From the human T2T-CHM13v2.0 reference genome, Homo sapiens, in the NCBI RefSeq assembly GCF_009914755.1, contig NC_060945.1: DNA of 64,000 nucleotides; one strand, written 5' to 3'. A model generated the notes under the pieces. The model had not been told where the DNA came from. It searched no databases and saw nothing but the letters and a program-made list of their open reading frames with translations. This document shows positions 28,001-42,300 of the stretch, piece by piece. Position 1 is the first letter of the stretch; each line of letters opens with the position of its first letter. The position numbers and the translations under genes were made by a program.

Positions 28001-29466
28001 ACAGGTGCGTTTTCACATATCCCTGAAGTGATGACAAAGGTGATGTAACCCTTGCCTAGGCTTTGCCTACAGGGGACATAGGACATATATCTGCACTGAT
28101 CACCCAGGTGATGCAACTGTAGCCTAGGCTTTGCCTACAGGGGACATTGTGACATATCGCTTCAATGATCACCCGTGTGATGCAACTCTTGCCTAGGCTT
28201 TGCCTACAGGGGACATTGTGACATATCTCTGCACTGATCTCCCAGGTGCTGTAACATTAGTCCAGACTCTGGCTACACGGCATTGTGACATATCACTGCA
28301 CTGATCAACCAGGTGATATAACTCTTGTCTAGGCCCTGCCTACAGGGGGCTTGTGACATATCTCTGCACTGATCACCCAGGTGATATAACTCTTCTCTAG
28401 GATCTGCCTACAGGGTGCTTTGCGACATATCCCTGCAATGATCACCCAGGTGATCTAACTCTTGTTTAAGCTCTGCCTAAAGGGGCATTGTGACAGACCT
28501 CTGCACTGATCACTCAGGTGATGTAACTATTGTCTAGGCTCTGCTTAAAGGGGCCTTGTCACATACCTCTGCACTGATCACCCAGGTGATGTAACTCTTG
28601 TCTAGACTCTGTTTCACGGCATATTGTGACATATCTATGCGCTGATCACCTTAGTGATGTAACACTTGTGTAGGCTCGGCCTACAGGGGAATATTGACAT
28701 ATCTCTGCACTGTTAACCGAGGTGATTTAACTCTTGTCTAGGCTGTGCCCACAGGGTGATTGAGACATGTCTCTGCACTGATCCCGAGGTGATCCAACTG
28801 TTGCCTGGTCTCTGCCTACTGGGGACATTGTGACATATCTCTGCACTGATCTCCCAGGTGCTGTAACTTTAGTCTAGGCTCTGGCTACACGGCATTGTGA
28901 CATATCACTGCACTGATCACCCAGGTGATATAAATCTTGTCTAGGCTCTGCCTACAATGGCCTTGTGACATATCTCTGCACTGATCACCCAGGTGATATA
29001 ACTCTTCTCTAGGATCTGACCACAGGGTGCTTTGTGGCATTTCCCTGCAATGATCACCCAGGTGATATACCACTTGCCAAGGCTCTGCCTACAGGGGCAT
29101 TGCAATGTATCTCTGCACTGATCACCTCGGTCTTGTAACTCTTTTCTAGGATCTGCCCACAGGGTGCCTTGTGACGTATCCCAGCAAGGATTACCCAGGT
29201 GATGTACCTCTCATCAAGGCTCTGCCTACAGGCACATTGCGATGTATCTCTGCTCTGATCACCTAAGTCATGTAACTTTTGTCTAGGCTCTGCCTACGAT
29301 GGCATTGTGACAAATCTCTGCACTAATCATCCAAGTGATGTAACCCTTGTCTAGGATCTGCCTAAAGTAACTTTGTGACATAACCCTGTACTGATCATCC
29401 AGGTGATGGGGCTTTTGTCTAGGCTCTGCCTAAGGGGGCATTGTGACATATTTCTGCATTGATCAC
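9565..29466. repeat. Tandem duplication with 9,933-bp period (5 HORs, 146 monomers)
   Basis: Private variants and ORF markers repeat at exactly +9,933: 10025/19958, 11998/21931, 13903/23836, 16012/25945, 17986/27919. The 31-mer insertion is duplicated too. Confidence 0.92.
13903..16011. repeat. 31-mer HOR variant (135-bp two-monomer duplication at ~14813-15106); second copy 23836-25944
   Basis: Unit length is 2,109 bp. The segment ctcccaggtgctgta...ggctacacggc...ataaatcttg...caatggcc is present twice in tandem. Confidence 0.9.
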
Positions 29467-32400
29467 GCAGGTGGCGAACTCTTCTCTTGGATCTGCCTAT
29501 GGGGGCATTGTGATAAATCTCTGCACTCATCACCCAGGTGATGTAACTGTTGTGTAACCTCTGCCTACAGGGGAATTGTGAGAGATCTCGCCACTGATCA
29601 CGCAAGTGATGTAACCATTGTCTAGGCTTTGCGTACAGGGGGCTTTGTGACATACCTTTGCACTGATCACCCAGGTGATGTAACACATCTAAGTTCGGCC
29701 TAAAGGAGCTTTGTGACATATCTCTGCACTGATCACTTAGGTGATGGAACACTTTTATAAGCACTGCCTACAGGGAATTTTGACAAATCTCTGCACTGAT
29801 CACCTAGGTGATGTAACGCTTGTCTACCCTCTGTCCAACGGGGCATTGTGAAATATCTCTGCACTGATCACCCAGGTGATTCAACTCTTGACTAGGATCT
29901 GCCTACAGAGGTTATTGTGAAATATCTCTGCACTGATAAACTAGGTGGTGTAATACTTATCGAAGCTCTGCCTACAGGTGCGTTTTCACATATCCCTGAA
30001 GTGATGACAAAGGTGATGTAACCCTTGCCTAGGCTTTGCCTACAGGGGACATAGGACATATATCTGCACTGATCACCCAGGTGATGCAACTCTAGCCTAG
30101 GCTTTGCCTACAGGGGACATTGTGACATATCGCTTCAATGATCACCCATGTGATGCAACACTTGCCTAGGCTTTGCCTACAGGGGACATTGTGACATATC
30201 TCTGCACTGATCTCCCAGGTGCTGCAACATTAATCTAGAGTCTGGCTACACGGCATTGTGACATATCACTGCACTGATCAACCAGGTGATATAACTCTTG
30301 TCTAGGTCCTGCCTACAGAGGGCTTGTGACATATCTCTGCACTGATCACCCAGGTGATATAACTCTTCTCTAGGATCTGCCTACAGGGTGCTTTGCGACA
30401 TATCCCTGCAATGATAACCCAGGTGATCTAACTCTTGTTTAAGCTCTGCCTAAAGGGGCATTGTGACAGACCTGTGCACTGATCACTAAGGTGATGTAAC
30501 TATTGTCTAGGCTCTGCTTAAAGGGGCCTTGTCACATACCTCTGCACTGATAACCCAGGTGATGTAACTCTTGTCTAGCCTCTGCTTTCACGGCATATTG
30601 TAACATATCCATTCGCAGATCACCTTAGTGATGTAACAGTTGTGTAGGCTCGGCCTACAGGGGAATATTGACATATCTCTGCACTGTTAACCGAGGTGAT
30701 TTAACTCTTGTCTAGGCTGTGCCCACAGGGGGATTGAGACATGTCTCTGCACTGATCCCGAGGTGATCCAACTGTTGCCTGGTCTCTGCCTACTGGGGAC
30801 ATTGTGACATATCTCTGCACTGATCTCCCAGGTGCTGTAACTTTAGTCTAGGCTCTGGCTACACGGCATTGTGACATATCACTGCACTGATCACCCAGGT
30901 GATATAAATCTTGTCTAGGCTCTGCCTACAATGGCCTTGTGACATATCTCTGCACTGATCACCCAGGTGATATAACTCTTCTCTAGGATCTGACCACAGG
31001 GTGCTTTGTGGCATTTCCCTGCAATGATCACCCAGGTGATATACCACTTGCCAAGGCTCTGCCTACAGGGGCATTGCAATGTATCTCTGCACTGATCACC
31101 TCGGTCTTGTAACTCTTTTCTAGGACCTGCCCACCGGGTGCCTTGTGACGTATCCCAGCAAGGATTACCCAGGTGATGTACCTCTCATCAAGGCTCTGCC
31201 TACAGGCACATTGCGATGTATCTCTGCACTGATCACCTAGGTCATGTAACTTTTGTCTAGGCTCTGCCTACGATGGCATTGTGACATATCTCTGCACTAA
31301 TCATCCAAGTGATGTAACCGTTGTCTAGGATCTGCCTAAATTAACTTTGTGACATAACCCTGTACTGATCATCCAGGTGATGGGGCTTTTGTCTAGGCTC
31401 TGCCTAAGGGGGCATTGTGACATATTTCTGCATTGATCACCCAGGTGGCGAACTCTTCTCTTGGATCTGCCTATGGGGGCATTGTGACAAATCTCTGCAC
31501 TGATCACCCAGGTGATATAACTGTTGTGTAACCTCTGCCTACAGGGGAATTGTGAGAGATCTCGCCACTGATCACCCAAGTGATGTAACCATTGTCTAGG
31601 CTTTGCGTACAGGGGGCTTTGTGACATACCTTTGCACTGATCACCCAGGTGATGTAACACATCTAAGTTCGGCCTAAAGGAGCTTTGTGACATATCTCTG
31701 CACTGATCACTTAGGTGATGGAACACTTTTATAAGCACTGCCTACAGGGAATTTTGACAAATCTCTGCACTGATCACCTAGGTGATGTAATGCTTGTCTA
31801 CCCTCTGTCCAACGGGGCATTGTGAAATATCTCTGCACTGATCACCCAGGTGATTCAACTCTTGACTAGGATCTGCCTACAGAGGTTATTGTGAAATATC
31901 TCTGCACTGATAAACTAGGTGGTGTAATCCTTATCGAAGCTCTGCCTACAGGTGCGTTTTCACATATCCCTGAAGTGATGACAAAGGTGATGTAACCCTT
32001 GCCTAGGCTTTGCCTACAGGGGACATAGGACATATATCTGCACTGATCACCCAGGTGATGCAACTGTAGCCTAGGCTTTGCCTACAGGGGACATTGTGAC
32101 ATATCGCTTCAATGATCACCCGTGTGATGCAACTCTTGCCTAGGCTTTGCCTACAGGGGACATTGTGACATATCTCTGCACTGATCTCCCAGGTGCTGTA
32201 ACATTAGTCTAGACTCTGGCTACACGGCATTGTGACATATCACTGCACTGATCAACCAGGTGATATAACTCTTGTCTAGGCCCTGCCTACAGGGGGCTTG
32301 TGACATATCTCTGCACTGATCACCCAGGTGATATAACTCTTCTCTAGGATCTGCCTACAGGGTGCTTTGCGACATATCCCTGCAATGATCACCCAGGTGA

Positions 32401-33355
32401 TCTAACTCTTGTTTAAGCTCTGCCTAAAGGGGCATTGTGACAGACCTCTGCACTGATCACTCAGGTGATGTAACTATTGTCTAGGCTCTGCTTAAAGGGG
32501 CCTTGTCACATACCTCTGCACTGATCACCCAGGTGATGTAACTCTTGTCTAGACTCTGTTTCACGGCATATTGTGACATATCTATGCGCTGATCACCTTA
32601 GTGATGTAACACTTGTGTAGGCTCGGCCTACAGGGGAATATTGACATATCTCTGCACTGTTAACCGAGGTGATTTAACTCTTGTCTAGGCTGTGCCCACA
32701 GGGTGATTGAGACATGTCTCTGCACTGATCCCGAGGTGATCCAACTGTTGCCTGGTCTCTGCCTACTGGGGACATTGTGACATATCTCTGCACTGATCTC
32801 CCAGGTGCTGTAACTTTAGTCTAGGCTCTGGCTACACGGCATTGTGACATATCACTGCACTGATCACCCAGGTGATATAAATCTTGTCTAGGCTCTGCCT
32901 ACAATGGCCTTGTGACATATCTCTGCACTGATCACCCAGGTGATATAACTCTTCTCTAGGATCTGACCACAGGGTGCTTTGTGGCATTTCCCTGCAATGA
33001 TCACCCAGGTGATATACCACTTGCCAAGGCTCTGCCTACAGGGGCATTGCAATGTATCTCTGCACTGATCACCTCGGTCTTGTAACTCTTTTCTAGGATC
33101 TGCCCACAGGGTGCCTTGTGACGTATCCCAGCAAGGATTACCCAGGTGATGTACCTCTCATCAAGGCTCTGCCTACAGGCACATTGCGATGTATCTCTGC
33201 TCTGATCACCTAAGTCATGTAACTTTTGTCTAGGCTCTGCCTACGATGGCATTGTGACAAATCTCTGCACTAATCATCCAAGTGATGTAACCCTTGTCTA
33301 GGATCTGCCTAAAGTAACTTTGTGACATAACCCTGTACTGATCATCCAGGTGATG
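25421..33355. repeat. Tandem duplication with 3,947-bp period (2 HORs)
   Basis: Markers 25945/29892, 27919/31866 and 28885/32832. Shared private variants include attgtaacatatccattcgcag, gggtgattgag and gtgatataactgttg. Confidence 0.88.
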
Positions 33356-36300
33356 CGGCTTTTGTCTAGGCTCTGCCTAAGGGGGCATTGTGACATATTT
33401 CTGCATTGATCACCCAGGTGGCGAACTCTTCTCTTGGATCTGCCTATGGGGGCATTGTGACAAATCTCTGCACTGATCACCCAGGTGATGTAACTGTTGT
33501 GTAACCTCTGCCTACAGGGGAATTGTGTGAGATCTCGCCACTGATCACCCAAGTGATGTAACCATTGTCTAGGCTTTGCGTACAGGGGGCTTTGTGACAT
33601 ACCTTTGCACTGATCACCCAGGTGATGTAACACATCTAAGTTCGGCCTAAAGGAGCTTTGTGACATATCTCTGCACTGATCACTTAGGTGATGGAACACT
33701 TTTATAAGCACTGCCTACAGGGAATTTTGACAAATCTCTGCACTGATCACCTAGGTGATGTAACGCTTGTCTACCCTCTGTCCAACGGGGCATTGTGAAA
33801 TATCTCTGCACTGATCACCCAGGTGATTCAACTATTGACTAGGATCTGCCTACAGAGGTTATTGCGAAATATCTCTGCACTGATAAACTAGGTGGTGTAA
33901 TCCTTATCGAAGCTCTGCCTGCAGGGGCGTTTTCACATATCCCTGAATTGATGACAAAGGTGATGTAACCCTTGCCTAGGCTTTGCCTACAGGGGACATA
34001 GGACATATATCTGCACTGATCACCCAGGTGATGCAACTCTAGCCTAGGCTTTGCCTACAGGGGACATTGTGACATATCTCTGCACTGATCTCCCAGGTGC
34101 TGTAACATTAGTCTAGACTCTGGCTACACGGCATTGTGACATATCACTGCACTGATCAACCAGGTGATATAACTCTTGTCTAGGCCCTGACTACAGGGGG
34201 CTTGTGACATATCTCTGCACTGATCACCCAGGTGATATAACTCTTCTCTAGGGTCTGCCTACAGGGTGCTTTGCGACATATCCCTGCAATGATCACCCAG
34301 GTGATCTAACTCTTGTTTAAGCTCTGCCTAAAGGGGCATTGTGACAGACCTCTGCACTGATCACTCAGGTGATGTAACTATTGTCTAGGCTCTGCTTAAA
34401 GGGGCCTTGTCACATACCTCTGCACTGATCACCCAGGTGATGTAACTCTTGTCTAGACTCTGCTTTCACGGCATATTGTGACATATCTATGCGCTGATCA
34501 CCTTAGTGATGTAACACTTGTGTAGGCTCGGCCTACAGGGGAATATTGACATATCTCTGCACTGTTAACCGAGGTGATTTAACTCTTGTCTAGGCTGTGC
34601 CCACAGGGGGTTTGAGACATGTCTCTGCACTGATCCCGAGGTGATCCAACTGTTGCCTGGTCTCTGCCTACTGGGGACATTGTGACATATCTCTGCACTG
34701 ATCTCCCAGGTGCTGTAATTTTAGTCTAGGCTCTGGCTACACGGCATTGTGACATATCACTGCACTGATCACCCAGGTGATATAAATCTTGTCTAGGCTC
34801 TGCCTACAATGACCTTGTGACATATCTCTGCAATGATCACCCAGGTGATATAACTCTTCTCTAGGATCTGACCACAGGGTGCTTTGTGGCATTTCCCTGC
34901 AATGATCACCGAGGTGATATACCACTTGTCAGGGCTCTGCCTACAGGGGCATTGCAACGTATCTCTGCACTGATCACCTCGGTCTTGTAACTCTTTTCTA
35001 GGATCTGCCCACAGGGTGCCTTGTGACGTATCCCAGCAAGGATTACCCAGGTGATGTACCTCTCATCAAGGCTCTGCCTACAGGCACATTGCGATGTATC
35101 TCTGCACTGATCACCTAGGTCATGCAACTTTTGTCTAGGCTCTGCCTACGATGGCATTGTGACATATCTCTGCACTAATCATCCAAGTGATGTAACCCTT
35201 GTCTAGGATCTGCCTAAATTAACTTTGTGACATAACCCTGTACTGATCATCCAGGTGATGGGGCTTTTGTCTAGGCTCTGCCTAAGGGGGCATTGTGACT
35301 TATTTCTGCATTGATCACCCAGGTGGCGAACTCTTCTCTTGGATCTGCCTATGGGGGCATTGTGACAAATCTCTGCACTGATCACCCAGGTGATGTAACT
35401 GTTGTGTAACCTCTGCCTACAGGGGAATTGTGAGAGATCTCGCCACTGATCACCCAAGTGATGTAACCATTGTCTAGGCTTTGCGTACAGGGGGCTTTGT
35501 GACATACCTTTGCACTGATCACCCAGGTGATGTAACACATCTAAGTTCGGCCTAAAGGAGCTTTGTGACATATCTCTGCACTGATCACCTAGGTGATGGA
35601 ACACTTTTATAAGCACTGCCTACAGGGAATTTTGACAAATCTCTGCACTGATCACCTAGGTGATGTAACTCTTGTCTACCCTCTGTCCAACGGGGCATTG
35701 TGAAATATCTCTGCACTGATCACCCAGGTGATTCAACTCTTGACTAGGATCTGCCTACAGAGGTTATTGTGAAATATCTCTGCACTGATAAACTAGGTGG
35801 TGTAATCCTTATCGAAGCTCTGCCTACAGGGGCGTTTTCACATATCCCTGAAGTGATGACAAAGGTGATGTAACTCTTGCCTAGGCTTTGCCTACAGGGG
35901 ACATAGGACATATATCTGCGCTGATCACCCAGGTGATGCAACTCTAGCCTAGGCTTTGCCTACAGGGGACATTGTGACATATCGCTTCAATGATCACCCA
36001 TGTGATGCAACTCTTGCCTTGGCTTTGACTACAGGGGACATTGTGACATATCTCTGCACTGATCTCCCAGGTGCTGTAACATTAGTCTAGACTCTGGCTA
36101 CACGGCATTGTGACATATCACTGCACTAATCAACCAGGTGATATAACTCTTGTCTAGGCCCTGCCTACAGGGGGCTTGTGACATATCTCTGCACTGATCA
36201 CCCAGGTGATATAACTCTTCTCTAGGGTCTGCCTACAGGGTGCTTTGCGACATATCCCTGCAATGATCACCCAGGTGATCTAACTCTTGTTTAAGCTCTG

Positions 36301-39300
36301 CCTAAAGGGGCATTGTGACAGATCTCTGCACTGATCACTCAGGTGATGTAACTATTGTCTAGGCTCTGCTTAAAGGGGCCTTGTCACATACCTCTGCACT
36401 GATCACCCAGGTGATGTAACTCTTGTCTAGCCTCTGCTTTCACGGCATATTGTGACATATCTATGCGCTGATCACCTTAGTGATGTAACACTTGTGTAGG
36501 CTCGGCCTACAGGGGAATATTGACATATCTCTGCACTGTTAACCGAGGTGATTTAACTCTTGTCTAGGCTGTGCCCACAGGGGGATTGAGACATGTCTCT
36601 GCCATGATCCCGAGGTGATCCAACTGTTGCCTGGTCTCTGCCTACTGGGGACATTGTGACATATCTCTGCACTGATCTCCCAGGTGCTGTAATTTTAGTC
36701 TAGGCTCTGGCTACACGGCATTGTGACATATCACTGCACTGATCACCCAGGTTATATAAATCTTGTCTAGGCTCTGCCTACAATGGCCTTGTGACATATC
36801 TCTGCACTGATCACCCAGGTGATATAACTCTTCTCTAGGATCTGACCACAGGGTGCTTTGTGGCATTTCCCTGCAATGATCACCCAGGTGATATACCACT
36901 TGCCAAGGCTCTGCCTACAGGGGCATTGCAATGTATCTCTGCACTGATCACCTCGGTCTTGTAACTCTTTTCTAGGATCTGCCCACAGGGTGCCTTGTGA
37001 CGTATCCCAGCAAGGATTACCCAGGTGATGTACCTCTCATCAAGGCTCTGCCTACAGGCACATTGCGATGTATCTCTGCACTGATCACCTAGGTCATGTA
37101 ACTTTTGTCTGGGCTCTGCCTACGATGGCATTGTGACATATCTCTGCACTAATCATCCAAGTGATGTAACCCTTGTCTAGGATCTGCCTAAATTAACTTT
37201 GTGACATAACCCTGTACTGATCATCCAGGTGATGGGGCTTTTGTCTAGGCTCTGCCTAAGGGGGCATTGTGACATATTTCTGCATTGATCACGCAGGTGG
37301 CGAACTCTTCTCTTGGATCTGCCTATGGGGGCATTGTGACAAATCTCTGCACTGATCACCCAGGTGATGTAACGGTTGTGTAACCTCTGCCTACAGGGGA
37401 ATTGTGAGAGATCTCGCCACTGATCACGCAAGTGATGTAACCATTGTCTAGGCTTTGCGTACAGGGGGCTTTGTGACATACCTTTGCACTGATCACCCAG
37501 GTGATGTAACACATCTAAGTTCGGCCTAAAGGAGCTTTGTGACATGTCTCTGCACTGATCACTTAGGTGATGGAACACTTTTATAAGCACTGCCTACAGG
37601 GAATTTTGACAAATCTCTGCACTGATCACCTAGGTGATGTAACGCTGGTCTACCCTCTGTCCAACGGGGCATTGTGAAATATCTCTGCACTGATCACCCA
37701 GGTGATTCAACTCTTGACTAGGATCTGCCTACAGAGGTTATTGTGAAATATCTCTGCACTGATAAACTAGGTGGTGTAATACTTATCGAAGCTCTGCCTA
37801 CAGGTGCGTTTTCACATATCCCTGAAGTGATGACAAAGGTGATGTAACCCTTGCCTAGGCTTTGCCTACAGGGGACATAGGACATATATCTGCACTGATC
37901 ACCCAGGTGATGCAACTCTAGCCTAGGCTTTGCCTACAGGGGACATTGTGATATATCGCTTCAATGATCACCCATGTGATGCAACACTTGCCTAGGCTTT
38001 GCCTACAGGGGACATTGTGACATATCTCTGCACTGATCTCCCAGGTGCTGCAACATTAATCTAGAGTCTGGCTACACGGCATTGTGACATATCACTGCAC
38101 TGATCAACCAGGTGATATAACTCTTGTCTAGGTCCTGCCTACAGAGGGCTTGTGACATATCTCTGCACTGATCACCCAGGTGATATAACTCTTCTCTAGG
38201 ATCTGCCTACAGGGTGCTTTGCGACATATCCCTGCAATGATAACCCAGGTGATCTAACTCTTGTTTAAGCTCTGCCTAAAGGGGCATTGTGACAGACCTG
38301 TGCACTGATCACTAAGGTGATGTAACTATTGTCTAGGCTCTGCTTAAAGGGGCCTTGTCACATACCTCTGCACTGATAACCCAGGTGATGTAACTCTTGT
38401 CTAGCCTCTGCTTTCACGGCATATTGTGACATATCCATTCGCAGATCACCTTAGTGATGTAACAGTTGTGTAGGCTCGGCCTACAGGGGAATATTGACAT
38501 ATCTCTGCACTGTTAACCGAGGTGATTTAACTCTTGTCTAGGCTGTGCCCACAGGGGGATTGAGACATGTCTCTGCACTGATCCCGAGGTGATCCAACTG
38601 TTGCCTGGTCTCTGCCTACTGGGGACATTGTGACATATCTCTGCACTGATCTCCCAGGTGCTGTAACTTTAGTCTAGGCTCTGGCTACACGGCATTGTGA
38701 CATATCACTGCACTGATCACCCAGGTGATATAAATCTTGTCTAGGCTCTGCCTACAATGGCCTTGTGACATATCTCTGCACTGATCACCCAGGTGATATA
38801 ACTCTTCTCTAGGATCTGACCACAGGGTGCTTTGTGGCATTTCCCTGCAATGATCACCCAGGTGATATACCACTTGCCAAGGCTCTGCCTACAGGGGCAT
38901 TGCAATGTATCTCTGCACTGATCACCTCGGTCTTGTAACTCTTTTCTAGGACCTGCCCACCGGGTGCCTTTTGACGTATCCCAGCAAGGATTACCCAGGT
39001 GATGTACCTCTCATCAAGGCTCTGCCTACAGGCACATTGCGATGTATCTCTGCACTGATCACCTAGGTCATGTAACTTTTGTCTAGGCTCTGCCTACGAT
39101 GGCATTGTGACATATCTCTGCACTAATCATCCAAGTGATGTAACCGTTGTCTAGGATCTGCCTAAATTAACTTTGTGACATAACCCTGTACTGATCATCC
39201 AGGTGATGGGGCTTTTGTCTAGGCTCTGCCTAAGGGGGCATTGTGACATATTTCTGCATTGATCACCCAGGTGGCGAACTCTTCTCTTGGATCTGCCTAT

Positions 39301-42300
39301 GGGGGCATTGTGACAAATCTCTGCACTGATCACCCAGGTGATGTAACTGTTGTGTAACCTCTGCCTACAGGGGAATTGTGAGAGATCTCGCCACTGATCA
39401 CCCAAGTGATGTAACCATTGTCTAGGCTTTGCGTACAGGGGGCTTTGTGACATACCTTTGCACTGATCACCCTGGTGATGTAACACATCTAAGTTCGGCC
39501 TAAAGGAGCTTTGTGACATATCTCTGCACTGATCACTTAGGTGATGGAACACTTTTATAAGCACTGCCTACAGGGAATTTTGACAAATCTCTGCACTGAT
39601 CACCTAGGTGATGTAATGCTTGTCTACCCTCTGTCCAACGGGGCATTGTGAAATGTCTCTGCACTGATCACCCAGGTGATTCAACTCTTGACTAGGATCT
39701 GCCTACAGAGGTTATTGTGAAATATCTCTGCACTGATAAACTAGGTGGTGTAATCCTTATCGAAGCTCTGCCTACAGGTGCGTTTTCACATATCCCTGAA
39801 GTGATGACAAAGGTGATGTAACCCTTGCCTAGGCTTTGCCTACAGGGTACATAGGACATATATCTGCACTGATCACCCAGGTGATGCAACTGTAGCCTAG
39901 GCTTTGCCTACAGGGGACATTGTGACATATCGCTTCAATGATCACCCGTGTGATGCAACTCTTGCCTAGGCTTTGCCTACAGGGGACATTGTGACATATC
40001 TCTGCACTGATCTCCCAGGTGCTGTAACATTAGTCTAGACTCTGGCTACACGGCATTGTGATATATCACTGCACTGATCAACCAGGTGATATAACTCTTG
40101 TCTAGGCCCTGCCTACAGGGGGCTTGTGACATATCTCTGCACTGATCACCCAGGTGATGTAACTCTTCTCTAGGATCTGCCTACAGGGTGCTTTGCGACA
40201 TATCCCTGCAATGATCACCCAGGTGATCTAACTCTTGTTTAAGCTCTGCCTAAAGGGGCATTGTGACAGAACTCTGCACTGATCACTCAGGTGATGTAAC
40301 TATTGTCTAGGCTCTGCTTAAAGGGGCCTTGTCACATACCTCTGCACTGATCACCCAGGTGATGTAACCCTTGTCTAGACTCTGCTTTCACGGCATATTG
40401 TGACATATCTATGCGCTGATCACCTTAGTGATGTAACACTTGTGTAGGCTCGGCCTACAGGGGAATATTGACATATCTCTGCACTGTTAACCGAGGTGAT
40501 TTAACTCTTGTCTAGGCTGTGCCCACAGGGGGATTGAGACATGTCTCTGCACTGATCCCGAGGTGATCCAACTGTTGCCTGGTCTCTGCCTACTGGGGAC
40601 ATTGTGACATATCTCTGCACTGATCTCCCAGGTGCTGTAAATTTTGTCTAGGCTCTGGCTACACGGCATTGTGACATATCACTGCACTGATCACCCAGGT
40701 GATATAAATCTTGTCTAGGCTCTGCCTACAATGGCCTTGTGACATATCTCTGCACTGATCACCCAGGTGATATAACTCTTCTCTAGGATCTGACCACAGG
40801 GTGCTTTGTGGCATTTCCCTGCAATGATCACCCAGGTGATATACCACTTGCCAAGGCTCTGCCTACAGGGGCATTGCAATGTATCTCTGCACTGATCACC
40901 TCGGTCTTGTAACTCTTTTCTAGGATCTGCCCACAGGGTGCCTTGTGACGTATCCCAGCAAGGATTACCCAGGTGATGTACCTCTCATCAAGGCTCTGCC
41001 TACAGGCACATTGCGATGTATCTCTGCACTGATCACCTAGGTCATGTAACTTTTGTCTGGGCTCTGCCTACGATGGCATTGTGACATATCTCTGCACTAA
41101 TCATCCAAGTGATGTAACCCTTGTCTAGGATCTGCCTAAAGTACCTTTGTGACATAACCCTGTACTGATCATCCAGGTGATGGGGCTTTTGTCTAGGCTC
41201 TGCCTAAGGGGGCATTGTGACATATTTCTGCATTGATCACCCAGGTGGCGAACTCTTCTCTTGGATCTGCCTATGGGGGCATTGTGACAAATCTCTGCAC
41301 TGATCACCCAGGTGATGTAACTGTTGTGTAACCTCTGCCTACAGGGGAATTGTGAGAGATCTCGCCACTGATCACCCAAGTGATGTAACCATTGTCTAGG
41401 CTTTGCGTACAGGGGGCTTTGTGACATACCTTTGCACTGATCACCCAGGTGATGTAACACATCTAAGTTCGGCCTAAAGGAGCTTTGTGACATATCTCTG
41501 CACTGATCACTTAGGTGATGGAACACTTTTATAAGCACTGCCTACAGGGAATTTTGACAAATCTCTGCACTGATCACCTAGGTGATGTAACGCTTGTCTA
41601 CCCTCTGTCCAACGGGGCATTGTGAAATATCTCTGCACTGATCACCCAGGTGATTCAACTATTGACTAGGATCTGCCTACAGAGGTTATTGTGAAATATC
41701 TCTGCACTGATAAAATAGGTGGTGTAATCCTTATCGAAGCTCTGCCTGCAGGGGCGTTTTCACATATCCCTGAAGTGATGACAAAGGTGATGTAACCCTT
41801 GCCTAGGCTTTGCCTACAGGGGACATAGGTCATATATCTGCACTGATCACCCAGGTGATGCAACTCTAGCCTAGGCTTTGCCTACAGGGGACATTGTGAC
41901 ATATCTCTGCACTGATCTCCCAGGTGCTGTAACATTAGTCTAGACTCTGGCTACACGGCATTGTGACATATCACTGCACTGATCAACCAGGTGATATAAC
42001 TCTTGTCTAGGCCCTGCCTACAGGGGGCTTGTGACATATCTCTGCACTGATCACCCAGGTGATATAACTCTTCTCTAGGGTCTGCCTACAGGGTGCTTTG
42101 CGACATATCCCTGCAATGATCACCCAGGTGATCTAACTCTTGTTTAAGCTCTGCCTAAAGGGGCATTGTGACAGACCTCTGCACTGATCACTCAGGTGAT
42201 GTAACTATTGTCTAGGCTCTGCTTAAAGGGGCCTTGTCACATACCTCTGCACTGATCACCCAGGTGATGTAACTCTTGTCTAGACTCTGCTTTCACGGCA

